A stretch of 48,732 nucleotides of DNA, taken from contig JBEKQZ010000001.1 of NCBI GenBank assembly GCA_049519175.1, positions 173,311-222,042 on the forward strand, in the 5' to 3' direction. Shown here in pieces: positions 1 through 8,486 of the stretch (its first letter is position 1; every line of letters begins with the position of its first letter). The notes under the pieces are model-generated. The model saw only the letters and a program-made list of their open reading frames with translations, had not been told where the DNA came from and did not search any database. This DNA comes from Candidatus Levyibacteriota bacterium (GTDB lineage Bacteria; Patescibacteriota; Microgenomatia; Levybacterales; UBA12049). Made by a program: the position numbers and the translations under genes.

Positions 1-1
1 T

Positions 2-535
2 CGCGGTTTTAATGCTGTCATTTTGGCTAGGTAAGTCACCGGAAAGTGTCGCTTGATTAGTGAGAAAATCGGAAGTTAAAACAAAATTATTGTCAACGAT
101 ATTCATGTTTATTTTTTGTGACAATCCGGCAGCATCGGTATTAGTCCATTCGTAGTTGGTGCCGGAAATTTGGGTTGGGTCAGACTTAAAACCGGCCGCG
201 TCAACTTTATCTTTAGCATTTTGCAGGCTTAAAAGGTCGGGCGTAAAAGCTTGTATTTTAAAAACTTTAACTTGGTTATCAAAAGTCGGAAGAGCTCCGG
301 TGAGGGTATTGATGGAGTAGGTTAGTTTTTTGTCGGTAACGCTTGCCGGAAAAAGCTGTGGTTCCAGTTTGCCAAAAGCGACGGTTGGCTTAGGCGGTGG
401 GGTAGGGAAAAACGTATTTTTAAGTATTAAAAACATTTGGATAAAAACTACCACAATCACCAAACCGGCAATAAACAACCCACCCCATTTTAAGATTTCT
501 TTGGTGTCGTAACTGGCTTGACTTAAGGTGAACAT
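2..535 (-). CDS. hypothetical membrane-anchored protein, C-terminally incomplete (continues past window start)
   Basis: Absent from the ORF track because no stop lies in the window. Hand translation from ATG 535-533 gives MFTLSQASYDTKEILKWGGLFIAGLVIVVVFIQMFLILKNTFFPTPPPKPTVAFGKLEPQLF... and stays open to nt 2. It has one N-terminal TM helix. TATACT (542-547, minus) lies 6 nt before the ATG. Track ORF 330..512(+) is its antisense shadow. Confidence 0.6.
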   Translation of the reverse strand, partial: MFTLSQASYDTKEILKWGGLFIAGLVIVVVFIQMFLILKNTFFPTPPPKPTVAFGKLEPQLFPASVTDKKLTYSINTLTGALPTFDNQVKVFKIQAFTPDLLSLQNAKDKVDAAGFKSDPTQISGTNYEWTNTDAAGLSQKINMNIVDNNFVLTSDFLTNQATLSGDLPSQNDSIKTA

Positions 536-573
536 ATATTGAGTATAGGAAAAAATTACGCTACAATGCAAGT

Positions 574-617
574 GAAGCATCGTTATGCTTCATGCAGATA
601 CGCACCGAATGGTGCGT
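574..617 (+). promoter_or_regulatory. two stem-loops in the gltX 5' leader
   Basis: GAAGCAT-cgtt-ATGCTTC (574-591) and ACGCACC-gaat-GGTGCGT (600-617) lie between a TACAAT box (562-567) and the AAAGGA/ATG 639 initiation region. Function unknown. Confidence 0.4.
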
Positions 618-638
618 CTGAAGAAAGGAATATGCCAT

Positions 639-1880
639 ATGGTCAAAGTTAGATTCGCTCCCAGCCCAACCGGCATTCCGCACGTCGGCAACACCAAAGC
701 CGCTTTATACAATTTTTTGTTTGCCAGAGCCAACGGCGGAGAGTTTATTTTACGGATTGAAGATACTGACCGAAAAAGAGTGGTTGCCGGCGCGGAAAAA
801 GCGATTCTGGAAATCCTAGAATGGTTGGGATTGCATTATGATGGGAAACCAATTCATCAATCGGAACGCCTGGAAATATACAAAAAATATGTTCAAGAGC
901 TGGTGGATAAAAAAATTGCTCACAAAAAGGAAGGAGCAATTTGGATTAAAATCCCCGAAGATAAAACTTTTGAGTGGATCGATAAAATCGGCAATAAAAC
1001 CATTAAATTTTTGGGAAAAGATGTCGACGAGTTTGTAATTTTAAAATCCGATGGTTTTCCGACTTATCATTTAGCCAACGTTGTCGACGACCATTTGATG
1101 GGAATAACCGATGTTATCCGGGGCGAAGAGTGGATCTCCTCAACGCCAAAACATTTATATCTTTACGAAAGTTTTAGTTGGCCAGTGCCAAATTTTGCGC
1201 ACATGCCGGTGATTTTGGGTCCGGATAAAACCAAACTTTCCAAGCGGCATGGGGCAAAATCGGTGCTGGATTATCGAAATGAGGGTTTTGTCAAAGAAGC
1301 ACTCTTAAATTTTATGGCGCTTTTGGGGTGGAATCCGGGCGGCGACCAAGAAAAAATGGATCTGAACTTTATGGTTAAGAACTTTAAATTGGAAGATGTT
1401 AATGCCGCCAGCCCGATTTTCGACATTAAAAAGCTGGAGTGGATGAACGGCGTTTGGATTAGAACCTTGGCGGAAAAGAATGAACTCAAAGAACGACTAG
1501 CAGATTTTTATAAGGATGATGAAAAAATTCAGGCGAAATTAAATGATAAAGGCGCAGAGATTCTCATTACTGCGGCGGCGTCAAGAATGAAGACTCTAGT
1601 TGATTTTCAAAACATTATTAGTATTGTAAGACAAAGAAAAATGACAAAAGAGGAAAAAGAAATTGCGGTAAAAATTCACGACTTTTTAATGCAAGAATTA
1701 GGAGAGGAGAATTGGGAGAATGAAAAATTTTTGGCTGCCCTCAAAAATTTTTCTAAAACCGAAAACGTGCCTTTCAAGCTAATTTATTTTCTCTTAACAG
1801 GTAAAGAACAAAGCATCGGCCTTTTAGAATTAAATCAAATTTATGGTAGAGAATTTTTCATCAAAAACCTAAAATCCTAA
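639..1880 (+). CDS. gltX: glutamyl-tRNA synthetase
   Basis: Track ORF 585..1880. Class I HIGH-type motif PSPTGIPHVGN, RIEDTD, and KMSKS-type motif KLSKRHG. Start moved to ATG 639 (MVKVRFAPSPTG, AAAGGA upstream) because the 18 extra residues from 585 fall inside the leader hairpins. Confidence 0.93.
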   Translation: MVKVRFAPSPTGIPHVGNTKAALYNFLFARANGGEFILRIEDTDRKRVVAGAEKAILEILEWLGLHYDGKPIHQSERLEIYKKYVQELVDKKIAHKKEGAIWIKIPEDKTFEWIDKIGNKTIKFLGKDVDEFVILKSDGFPTYHLANVVDDHLMGITDVIRGEEWISSTPKHLYLYESFSWPVPNFAHMPVILGPDKTKLSKRHGAKSVLDYRNEGFVKEALLNFMALLGWNPGGDQEKMDLNFMVKNFKLEDVNAASPIFDIKKLEWMNGVWIRTLAEKNELKERLADFYKDDEKIQAKLNDKGAEILITAAASRMKTLVDFQNIISIVRQRKMTKEEKEIAVKIHDFLMQELGEENWENEKFLAALKNFSKTENVPFKLIYFLLTGKEQSIGLLELNQIYGREFFIKNLKS

Positions 1881-1881
1881 A

Positions 1882-2466
1882 ATGCGAATTTTAATTGCCA
1901 AAGCAATTTCTAATATTTTATCCGCGCTGGCGGTTATCGTTGAAGCAACTTTTGTTTTATCCTATTTAGGAACAAAGAATTTATGGTTGTCTTTAGAGTG
2001 GACTTTGGTATCCTTGGCGTTTATCCTTGGGCTACTAGGAATCGTTTATTATTTTGTCAGGATAGGCAAATTTTCCGACTTAGACGTTTCGACTCAAAAA
2101 CAAAGACCGCTGCTGTTTTTATTAGATTTTATTTTTGCGCTGATTTACTTACCAACCCTTTATCTACTTCATGCACCAAGAGCACTCTTTATCGGAAATG
2201 TCGCCGTTTTTGCAATCGTCATTATTTTAATAGTAGTGAATAAATTTATTAAAGCCAGTGTGCATATGGCAGTGCTATCTGGAGCGCTGACACTTTTTGT
2301 TTTTATGGGCGGACCAATTTATTTATTAGGATTTTTTTTGCTTCCGGTTTTAGCTTGGGCAAGACTCACAACCAAAAGACACACGCTGAATGAAGTCGTT
2401 ACAGGAACAGCTTTAGGAATTTTAGTAGCAGTGCTTGTGGCAATTCTCCATTCGCCTAATTTATAG
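1882..2466 (+). CDS. polytopic membrane protein, possibly PAP2-type phosphatase
   Basis: 194 aa with about 6 hydrophobic helices. C-terminal ARLTTKRHTLNEVVTG resembles the PAP2 motif R-x5-H-x3-D (here E), and SVHMA is a possible PSGH-like motif. The function call is weak. Confidence 0.5.
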   Translation: MRILIAKAISNILSALAVIVEATFVLSYLGTKNLWLSLEWTLVSLAFILGLLGIVYYFVRIGKFSDLDVSTQKQRPLLFLLDFIFALIYLPTLYLLHAPRALFIGNVAVFAIVIILIVVNKFIKASVHMAVLSGALTLFVFMGGPIYLLGFFLLPVLAWARLTTKRHTLNEVVTGTALGILVAVLVAILHSPNL

Positions 2467-3618
2467 GGGAGAAACACAGCGGAAGCCAACGTCATCTATA
2501 TTTTCCGTATTTGCAGAGGGACTCATATGGATTGTAAATGCCCCGTCATCATCGAAATGCCTCCAATTTCCCCCACGAATAAATGCATAAAGCGTTGTGC
2601 TTGTGTCGTTTAGAGCACTATAATGATAAATTCTCCCGACACCATTATTGGCATTCCAGGCCGGATTTGAAGGCCGTATCGCATCGTATCCCAAAAAAGA
2701 TCCAGTGCCATTATCGGTGATAACGCTTGGTAAAGAGCCTGGTGCAAAATCGCTTCTTGTCCATCCTAGATTCAAGACGCCGTTAGAACTTGACATAGGT
2801 TCATCCTTTCTTTCAACCTGTTGGTCAACCCATTGCCAAACATTACCGGCAAAGTCCCAAAGGATATTGCCATTAGTCAAAGCCAATGTCCTTTTCTGTG
2901 AATTTTTCCCTCCGCAAGCATTTGAGCCATCGGTGGTCGTCCCAAAACAAGCCTGGTTATCATTTCCAGCAACAAGAGCGCCTATTCCACCAGCGCTGGC
3001 ACTTGCTTCGTTGAGGGCGTCGTTATGGCCGTTGGCTAAAATTTTACCTTTTGTCCCAGGAGAAAAACCACAGTTAGTTCCATTTCTGTCGCACCAATTA
3101 TCGGGAACTTGTTCAACATTTCTGGCGATTGTCATCCACTCGTTATTGGCGATTAAATACCAGCCCTTACTTTGACAATAAGCTTCTGCGTTGTTTTGGG
3201 TATTATCAGACATTGCGATATAGGTAATCGGAAAACCTGTTTTCGTGGAAACGATTTCCTTGTTGTTTTGTCCAGTGCAAGCACAGTTTTCGCCATTATT
3301 TTTATATACTCCGGCATATCCACCCGTAACGCTTAAACCAGAACATACATCTCCGGGCTGTGGACTGAGTCCGACACTGGGGTTTGCACTATACGCGCAT
3401 TTTGCATCATATTTCATAACGCAAAAATCTTCTGTTTTATAGAGTTTATTACCGGGGACCAGAATAAAACCTGTTGGACAAGATTTTTTGGAAATAACAC
3501 TAACGTTAGGCAAAACGCGAGCATACTTATTAACCTGCCGATTATTTAATAATATGGCGCCACTGATTAAAATAATTGCCAGAAGAGATAAAAAAATTAC
3601 CGTCAATGATCTTTTCAT
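2461..3618 (-). CDS. secreted/anchored SUMF1 (formylglycine-generating enzyme family) domain protein
   Basis: N-terminal signal anchor SLTVIFLSLLAIILISGAILL. C-terminal FGE-sulfatase hallmarks GNVWQWV, RGGNW and GFRCV, with a Cys-rich middle. TGCTATAAT (3628-3636, minus) lies 9 nt before the ATG. Confidence 0.8.
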   Translation of the reverse strand: MKRSLTVIFLSLLAIILISGAILLNNRQVNKYARVLPNVSVISKKSCPTGFILVPGNKLYKTEDFCVMKYDAKCAYSANPSVGLSPQPGDVCSGLSVTGGYAGVYKNNGENCACTGQNNKEIVSTKTGFPITYIAMSDNTQNNAEAYCQSKGWYLIANNEWMTIARNVEQVPDNWCDRNGTNCGFSPGTKGKILANGHNDALNEASASAGGIGALVAGNDNQACFGTTTDGSNACGGKNSQKRTLALTNGNILWDFAGNVWQWVDQQVERKDEPMSSSNGVLNLGWTRSDFAPGSLPSVITDNGTGSFLGYDAIRPSNPAWNANNGVGRIYHYSALNDTSTTLYAFIRGGNWRHFDDDGAFTIHMSPSANTENIDDVGFRCVSPL

Positions 3619-3641
3619 CTATGGGGGATTATAGCAGATAT

Positions 3642-3693
3642 CGAATTGTGCCCTGCTGAACGTACTGGTCTAGAACCGTTTAGTCGCTATAAC
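3642..3693 (+). repeat. R-family dispersed intergenic repeat, copy A
   Basis: tcGAATTGtgccc TGCTGAACGTACTGGTCTAGAACCGTTTAGTCGCTATAAC. The last 40 nt are 31/40 identical to copy B (hand alignment). Confidence 0.65.
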
Positions 3694-3956
3694 TAAAAGA
3701 CAGCGGCGTTTTGAAAAATTGTACTATATAAAAGTGCGTCTTCTGCAGCTTTTTTCTTTTCTTCTTTGTTAAGGTGGTCAAGCTTATTTAGAAAAATAGT
3801 TAGATATGGTTCTAAATTTCTATTATCCAACTCACTTCTTCTTTTTAAAGCTTCTATGTAAAATTTCTCTGCCATTATATTAGATCCTCTAAAATACCCA
3901 ATCGCAACACGTTTCAAATCCATTGCTAATGCTCCTAAAATTTGTTTGTTCCTCAT
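3693..3956 (-). CDS. hypothetical small helical protein (87 aa)
   Basis: Track ORF. It overlaps the upstream 112-aa ORF by 4 nt (ATGA), so the two are probably co-translated. No family recognised with certainty. Confidence 0.6.
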   Translation of the reverse strand: MRNKQILGALAMDLKRVAIGYFRGSNIMAEKFYIEALKRRSELDNRNLEPYLTIFLNKLDHLNKEEKKKAAEDALLYSTIFQNAAVF

Positions 3957-4291
3957 AGAATATTTTTGAAAAAAAACTTAGTTAAATCTTCAAACCTTTT
4001 TCTTAACTCTGGGTCTTGGATTTCATTACTTGTATTTTTGTCTACTGGTCTGACATTAATAAAAGAGTTACAGTCTATTGATTTTGTTTCGATATCAATT
4101 CCTCCTCCCCAAAGATTGGATTGCTTTGAACCTTCATCTAATAAAATCTTTTCTGACTCAAAATGCCTATCTGCGCCTGCTGAGCAAATTTTTCTTTCAA
4201 CATCAATAACTGTTTTAATATAAACATCAAATAATTCTCTTAATTTCCCAATTTCTTCTTTTGTAAAAGGTTCTGATTTAGTAATTATCAT
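3953..4291 (-). CDS. hypothetical protein (112 aa)
   Basis: Track ORF. TATAAT (4299-4304, minus) lies 7 nt before the ATG. First gene of a two-gene unit bracketed by repeat copies A and B. Confidence 0.65.
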   Translation of the reverse strand: MIITKSEPFTKEEIGKLRELFDVYIKTVIDVERKICSAGADRHFESEKILLDEGSKQSNLWGGGIDIETKSIDCNSFINVRPVDKNTSNEIQDPELRKRFEDLTKFFFKNIL

Positions 4292-4360
4292 TTAAGTTAT
4301 TATAGCTCTAATAATAAAATTTTGGAAGATTACATAACTGGATACTAGCTTTAGGGTTAT

Positions 4361-4410
4361 AGTCCGTGCTTGCTGAGCATACCGGTCTGGACCCGTTTTG
4401 TCGTTATAGT
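4361..4410 (+). repeat. R-family dispersed intergenic repeat, copy B
   Basis: agtccgtgct TGCTGAGCATACCGGTCTGGACCCGTTTTGTCGTTATAGT. It is 31/40 identical to copy A and 31/40 to inverted copy F. Confidence 0.65.
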
Positions 4411-4423
4411 TTATTCTTTTAAA

Positions 4424-4451
4424 TTGACTATTTCTCACAATTTAGTATTAT
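4424..4451 (+). promoter_or_regulatory. sigma70-type promoter abutting the start codon (leaderless)
   Basis: TTGACT (4424-4429), 16-nt spacer, TATTAT (4446-4451), then 6 nt to ATG 4458. Confidence 0.55.
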
Positions 4452-4457
4452 ATAGGT

Positions 4458-4997
4458 ATGGATGAAGCCGTGGATAATCAAGAGCCTAATGTTAGACCGC
4501 GGATCACCACAACAGAGATAGACTCAGATATTCCTCTTAATTCAAATCATGCCTTGGGGGAAATATTGACATTTTTAAATCCAGATAGAAATAAACCAAG
4601 TCGGTACTATGAAAGCAAAACAGCTACTCTTTTGCAATTCGGAGGAAAACTTGCACGGATTGAGATTTATGACTTAAGTCAGTCAAGAATAACAATGGGA
4701 ATAGTTATAATGAATGTAGATAAACACATCCCCAAATTTAAAGAAAAATTCCGAATTGTTGACTTGCCTAAGAAACCAGGTGACACAACAGGTTTATATA
4801 GACAGGTCTCAGGTGTCATGCAAGAAGTTTCAAATGCCACAGGTAGAGATGTCGTTCAAAAATTTTCTACCCAAGATCCTAAAATGATTGCGTGGATGAG
4901 AACAAACGCAACGCAATTAGGTTTTACAATAAATGAGGATTATCCTAATTTAATTTCAGCTTCGCGGGTATATTTGCCAATCTCACATTCTGCTTAA
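4458..4997 (+). CDS. hypothetical protein (179 aa)
   Basis: Track ORF with a promoter directly upstream. No recognisable motifs. Confidence 0.65.
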   Translation: MDEAVDNQEPNVRPRITTTEIDSDIPLNSNHALGEILTFLNPDRNKPSRYYESKTATLLQFGGKLARIEIYDLSQSRITMGIVIMNVDKHIPKFKEKFRIVDLPKKPGDTTGLYRQVSGVMQEVSNATGRDVVQKFSTQDPKMIAWMRTNATQLGFTINEDYPNLISASRVYLPISHSA

Positions 4998-5016
4998 AGA
5001 TTGACTGAGATTATGG

Positions 5017-5063
5017 CGAATTGGGTGTACATGCTTGCTGGCTCTAGTTGATGATTTCCGAAC
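5017..5063 (+). repeat. R-family dispersed intergenic repeat, copy C1 (divergent)
   Basis: cGAATTGggtgtacatGCTTGCTGGCTCTAGttgatgatttccGAAC shares the GAATTG opening and the GCTTGCTG..TCTAG..GAAC spine with copies A and B. Confidence 0.45.
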
Positions 5064-5132
5064 TTTTCAGTGGGAGTATCCAGAGATGATTTATCAAAAG
5101 ACACAGAAATATTTACAGATGTTTAATTGAAT

Positions 5133-5170
5133 AATTGGCTCTCCGTGATGGACGACGTTAGAACCTATTA
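5133..5170 (+). repeat. R-family dispersed intergenic repeat, copy C2
   Basis: AATTGgctCTCCGtgatgGACGACGTTAGAACCTatta. The 16-nt block GACGACGTTAGAACCT (5151-5166) is identical to copy D (6117-6132). Confidence 0.65.
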
Positions 5171-5214
5171 CATGATTATTTAAAATAGAATAATTCTCTG
5201 TGAGATAAGTTAAA

Positions 5215-5243
5215 TTGACAAATATTTAATCCTGTAGTATCAT
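5215..5243 (+). promoter_or_regulatory. sigma70-type promoter abutting the start codon (leaderless)
   Basis: TTGACA (5215-5220), 17-nt spacer, TATCAT (5238-5243), then 6 nt to ATG 5250. Confidence 0.65.
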
Positions 5244-5249
5244 CGCCTC

Positions 5250-6068
5250 ATGCCAGATGCAAAAGAACAATTGAGACAACAAATCTTGCTCGCGCGTGAA
5301 CAAGAAGCCAAGAGACGTAGTGATGAGGCAACTGCTCAAGCTGAAAAAGCAGCCAGAGAAGCCGAAGAACGAGCACGAATCCCAGAATCAACTATTATTC
5401 ATGACTTGCGCATGGAGTTTAGGGATCTTGTTTTAACTAGAATTATAAGACCGTCTATGGATGCTTTGAGTGATATTCTGACTGAAGATTCTTCTACTCC
5501 CTGGCAAACAGCTCACATAAATGAAGTTGCACATTATCAAGTGTTTGTCCCTTATTATTATCACGCGGCACTCACAAACGATGATGATAGATACTCAGTT
5601 CCTGAACACATTGAAGATAACTATAGTCCTGTAGATGGTATTACTCTTGCGAACGCTGACACTATTTTATTTGCGGGATTTATCGGACGCTCGTATTATC
5701 CGCCTTTTACCACATATAATCTAGATAGATGGTCTAGAGAACTGAATAATGAATTTGATAATGACAGCTCTTACTGTATAAAGTTTAGATTTGGAAACAA
5801 GCGCCTAGGTTGCAGTCTGGCTGATTCTAGTTACTATGATGACATGCAGATTATGAGCTCGCAATGGAGCGGTGAGACTACGCCTACAATGAGATTTCTG
5901 ATTGGTGAAGGTGCGCCAGAAACCTCAGGCAGAGAACGTGAAGTGGTCAAAGCATGGAATACAGATCTTTCACGTGGTCAACGGCTAACAGTCGCTCTTG
6001 CAGCAAAGTTTAATGAGGGATTAGCATCCTTTGTTGCTCGGCAAACCCCTGAAGCTAAAAGAAGATAA
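5250..6068 (+). CDS. hypothetical protein (272 aa) with N-terminal charged coiled-coil-like segment
   Basis: Track ORF with a consensus promoter directly upstream. N-terminus QQILLAREQEAKRRSDEATAQAEKAAREAEERAR; the rest is unrecognised. Confidence 0.7.
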   Translation: MPDAKEQLRQQILLAREQEAKRRSDEATAQAEKAAREAEERARIPESTIIHDLRMEFRDLVLTRIIRPSMDALSDILTEDSSTPWQTAHINEVAHYQVFVPYYYHAALTNDDDRYSVPEHIEDNYSPVDGITLANADTILFAGFIGRSYYPPFTTYNLDRWSRELNNEFDNDSSYCIKFRFGNKRLGCSLADSSYYDDMQIMSSQWSGETTPTMRFLIGEGAPETSGREREVVKAWNTDLSRGQRLTVALAAKFNEGLASFVARQTPEAKRR

Positions 6069-6093
6069 TTCTTCCGCTTTTGCCTTTAAAGCT

Positions 6094-6140
6094 GAATTGT
6101 TGAACTCCGAGAGATAGACGACGTTAGAACCTGTTTTATT
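6094..6140 (+). repeat. R-family dispersed intergenic repeat, copy D
   Basis: GAATTGttgaaCTCCGagagataGACGACGTTAGAACCTGTTTTATT lies 18 nt from the 3' end of tRNA-Gln. Confidence 0.65.
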
Positions 6141-6157
6141 TATAAGGATAAACGAAG

Positions 6158-6228
6158 CTGCCGGACTTAGATTCGAACTAAGATGAACGGATTCAGAGTC
6201 CGCTATCCTACCATTAGATGATCCGGCA
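6158..6228 (-). tRNA. tRNA-Gln (anticodon CUG)
   Basis: Hand-folded cloverleaf from the reverse complement: TGCCGGA TC ATCT AATGGTA GGAT A GCGGA CTCTGAA TCCGT TCAT CTTAG TTCGAAT CTAAG TCCGGCA G. All four stems pair. CCA is not encoded. TGGTATAAT (6239-6247, minus) lies upstream. Confidence 0.9.
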
Positions 6229-6287
6229 ATGTATTTAAATTATACCAAATTTAAGGGTAGGTTTGCCGTTTGATATAATTGTGTGGT

Positions 6288-6536
6288 ATGTTTTATGTTT
6301 ATATTCTCCGCACTTCCGCCAATACTTTATACGTTGGGCAGACAAATAATTTAAAGAAAAGAATTAAAGAGCATCAGTCAAAAACTATTAAATCTTCAAA
6401 ATATGTTCGTAGTTTCCCGTCTTTCAAACGCGTCTACTCCGAAACTTTCAAAACCCGTTCACAAGCTCTCAAACGCGAATATGAGTTAAAGCAACTCTCA
6501 AAAATTCAAAAGGAAGATTTAATCTCAAAGAAATAA
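6288..6536 (+). CDS. GIY-YIG nuclease family protein
   Basis: N-terminus MFYVYILRTSANTLYVGQTNNLKKRIKEH is a GIY..YVG motif. Start moved from 6279 to ATG 6288 because TGATATAAT (6271-6279) overlaps the track start. Confidence 0.8.
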   Translation: MFYVYILRTSANTLYVGQTNNLKKRIKEHQSKTIKSSKYVRSFPSFKRVYSETFKTRSQALKREYELKQLSKIQKEDLISKK

Positions 6537-6599
6537 AATTTAGCAATTATAATTTATTCTGCCCAACATATAGTCTTTATTTAAGAGTATACTAGATGT

Positions 6600-6998
6600 G
6601 TGAATAGTGTCTCCGCAGGCTTAATCCTCTTAACATACAAGGGTAAAGTGCTTTTGATGCATAAGCAAAAAAGCGTCATTGACGCAGAATTGCACCCGTG
6701 GTGTTTAATCGGTGGCATTAGGGAGAAAAAAGAATCTTTCCAAGAGGCTCTAAGCCGCAGGGTACAAAAAGAAGCGGGCATCAAAATCGGAAATGTTGAG
6801 TTTGTGTCCGAGTTTTGTTACCGTGCGGAGTTAACCGACGATAATGTCAATAAAATACAACGGAAAGAACATCAACTGCTTGATTTTTTTACCCTTAAGG
6901 AAGCCGATAAACTGTTTCTTTCCAACGAAACCGCTAAATTCATCACAAAGCATAACTCATTGGTAAATCCTATAGTGCCATTGACTTACTCTTCGTAA
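6600..6998 (+). CDS. NUDIX hydrolase
   Basis: Nudix box GGIREKKESFQEALSRRVQKEAGI (G-x5-E-x7-R..E.G). GTG start 6 nt after TATACT (6588-6593). Confidence 0.75.
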   Translation: MNSVSAGLILLTYKGKVLLMHKQKSVIDAELHPWCLIGGIREKKESFQEALSRRVQKEAGIKIGNVEFVSEFCYRAELTDDNVNKIQRKEHQLLDFFTLKEADKLFLSNETAKFITKHNSLVNPIVPLTYSS

Positions 6999-7019
6999 CC
7001 TGGTATAATAGACAAAGTA

Positions 7020-7057
7020 AAGGCAGATTGAAGTAATAAATCTGCTTTCAATATTTT
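7020..7057 (+). terminator. probable intrinsic terminator after the NUDIX gene
   Basis: AAGGCAGATT-gaagtaata-AATCTGCTTT stem (7020-7048) followed by a T-rich run, tttcaatatttt. Confidence 0.55.
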
Positions 7058-7156
7058 CGATTAGTTAAAGATAATAACCACAGAAATTTTTTAGAAATCA
7101 GTATCTTTCCCCGAATCGCATTTTATTAAGCAGCTTTATTCTTTCAATCCAAAATT

Positions 7157-8344
7157 ATGTATCACAAAAGATTTTACCCAAGGCATCAACAACAAAAAAA
7201 ACGTTTTGCGCCCAAAGCTTTACCAAACCACGAATTAATGGCGGCGATCCAGGCCGTTAAAATAGTTAATAATCAGAAATTAAACGTTCCTGAAGAAGTT
7301 TTCGTTCCCAAAAACGGTTTTGCCGATTTTCAAATTGTGCAGCAACTTAAAAATAATATTGCCGCCAAAAATTATTTAGTGCCAACACCGATTCAAGATC
7401 AGGCGATTGATCAAATGCTCAACAATCGTGACGTAATTGGCATTGCCAATACCGGAACGGGCAAGACAGCAGCGTTTTTAATCCCTTTAGTCAACAAAGT
7501 CTGCTTAAATAAAATGGAAAAAGTGCTGATCATCGCGCCAACCAGGGAACTGGCTTTACAGATTCAAGAAGAGCTCAAGGATTTTTCCAAGGGCTTGGGC
7601 ATTAGAAGCGTTTTATGCATTGGTGGAATGAGTTTATGGAGGCAAAAAAATGAGTTAAGACAAAATAATAATTTTGTCATCGGCACGCCGGGAAGAATCA
7701 AAGAGCTAATTGGCGAACGGAGCTTATTGTTATCAACCTTTCACAGTGTGGTTCTCGATGAAGCGGATAGAATGGTTGACATCGGTTTTATTAACGACAT
7801 CAAATATTTTATTTCCTTACTTCCGCAAAATAGGCAGTCATTATTTTTTTCCGCAACAATTTCCGGTAAAGTCAAAGAAATCTTAAACGCTTTCGTTGTC
7901 AATCCGGTGACAATTTCGGTGGAAAAACAAGCCACGGCGGAAAATGTCGAGCAGGACGTTATCAAGGTTACTAATAAAAACGAAAAAATCGACAAACTGC
8001 ATGATTTACTCTCGCAAGAAGGATTTGAAAAAGTGCTGGTTTTCGGACGGACAAAATGGGGCATGCAAAAATTAGCCAATGAACTAATCAGACGGGGTGT
8101 CAGAGTGGCGGTAATTCATGGCAACAAAAGTCAGGGACAAAGACAAAAAGCGTTGGAACAATTCAAGACTAATCAAATTTCGGTTTTAATCGCTACCGAC
8201 GTAGCTTCGAGAGGTTTGGATATTCCGGACGTTAGTCATGTTATCAATTATGATATGCCGGCAACTTATGATGATTACGTGCACAGGATTGGTAGAACCG
8301 GCCGCGCCGGAAAACCCGGTGTGGCTCTAACCTTCGTGGAGTAA
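7157..8344 (+). CDS. DEAD-box ATP-dependent RNA helicase
   Basis: PTPIQ, ANTGTGKTAAF, PTRELA, DEAD, SAT and HRIGRTGRAG motifs, in order. Confidence 0.95.
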   Translation: MYHKRFYPRHQQQKKRFAPKALPNHELMAAIQAVKIVNNQKLNVPEEVFVPKNGFADFQIVQQLKNNIAAKNYLVPTPIQDQAIDQMLNNRDVIGIANTGTGKTAAFLIPLVNKVCLNKMEKVLIIAPTRELALQIQEELKDFSKGLGIRSVLCIGGMSLWRQKNELRQNNNFVIGTPGRIKELIGERSLLLSTFHSVVLDEADRMVDIGFINDIKYFISLLPQNRQSLFFSATISGKVKEILNAFVVNPVTISVEKQATAENVEQDVIKVTNKNEKIDKLHDLLSQEGFEKVLVFGRTKWGMQKLANELIRRGVRVAVIHGNKSQGQRQKALEQFKTNQISVLIATDVASRGLDIPDVSHVINYDMPATYDDYVHRIGRTGRAGKPGVALTFVE

Positions 8345-8486
8345 AATAAATAATTACTCAAAATTCTTTTTGTCACCTTTCAATAGCAATAATTTCTCTT
8401 TTCAGCTACAATACGTGTTGGTAATCCAGGATTAGCTAAAAGAGTACCGATTAACAAAAATCATTACGTAGTAAGGCAGCGCGCTT

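Noticed and set aside
330-512. Track ORF of 60 aa on the plus strand
   Set aside because: It lies antisense within a longer, membrane-protein-like minus-strand ORF (2..535) that has its own -10 box. Its sequence is low-complexity and not protein-like.
574-617. T-box or other riboswitch upstream of gltX
   Set aside because: The leader is only about 65 nt with two simple hairpins. That is far too short for a T-box (no specifier loop, no T-box sequence).
585-638. Longer N-terminus for gltX (track start 585)
   Set aside because: The 18 extra residues (MLHADTHRMVRLKKGICH) have no GluRS counterpart. The ATG sits inside the first leader hairpin, and ATG 639 has an AAAGGA SD and gives the canonical MVKVRFAPSPTG start.
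5017-6140. R-family repeats as RNase P RNA (rnpB) pieces: GGGCTCCGTGGGATAG resembles CR-I, and ACGACGTTAGAACC resembles the P1/CR-V end of bacterial RNase P RNAs
   Set aside because: Each copy is only 40-55 nt. They lack GGAAAGTCC, the specificity domain and most catalytic-core helices. The resemblance may be chance or distant derivation, and only a covariance-model search could settle it.
3642-6140. Integron-type cassette array with attC sites (GTTAGAA / GTTGAAC strings)
   Set aside because: The copies are short. Their ends do not form the R''/L''-L'/R' imperfect palindrome expected of attC, cassette ORFs are in mixed orientation, and no intI is present. This is kept only as a loose analogy in the cassette finding.
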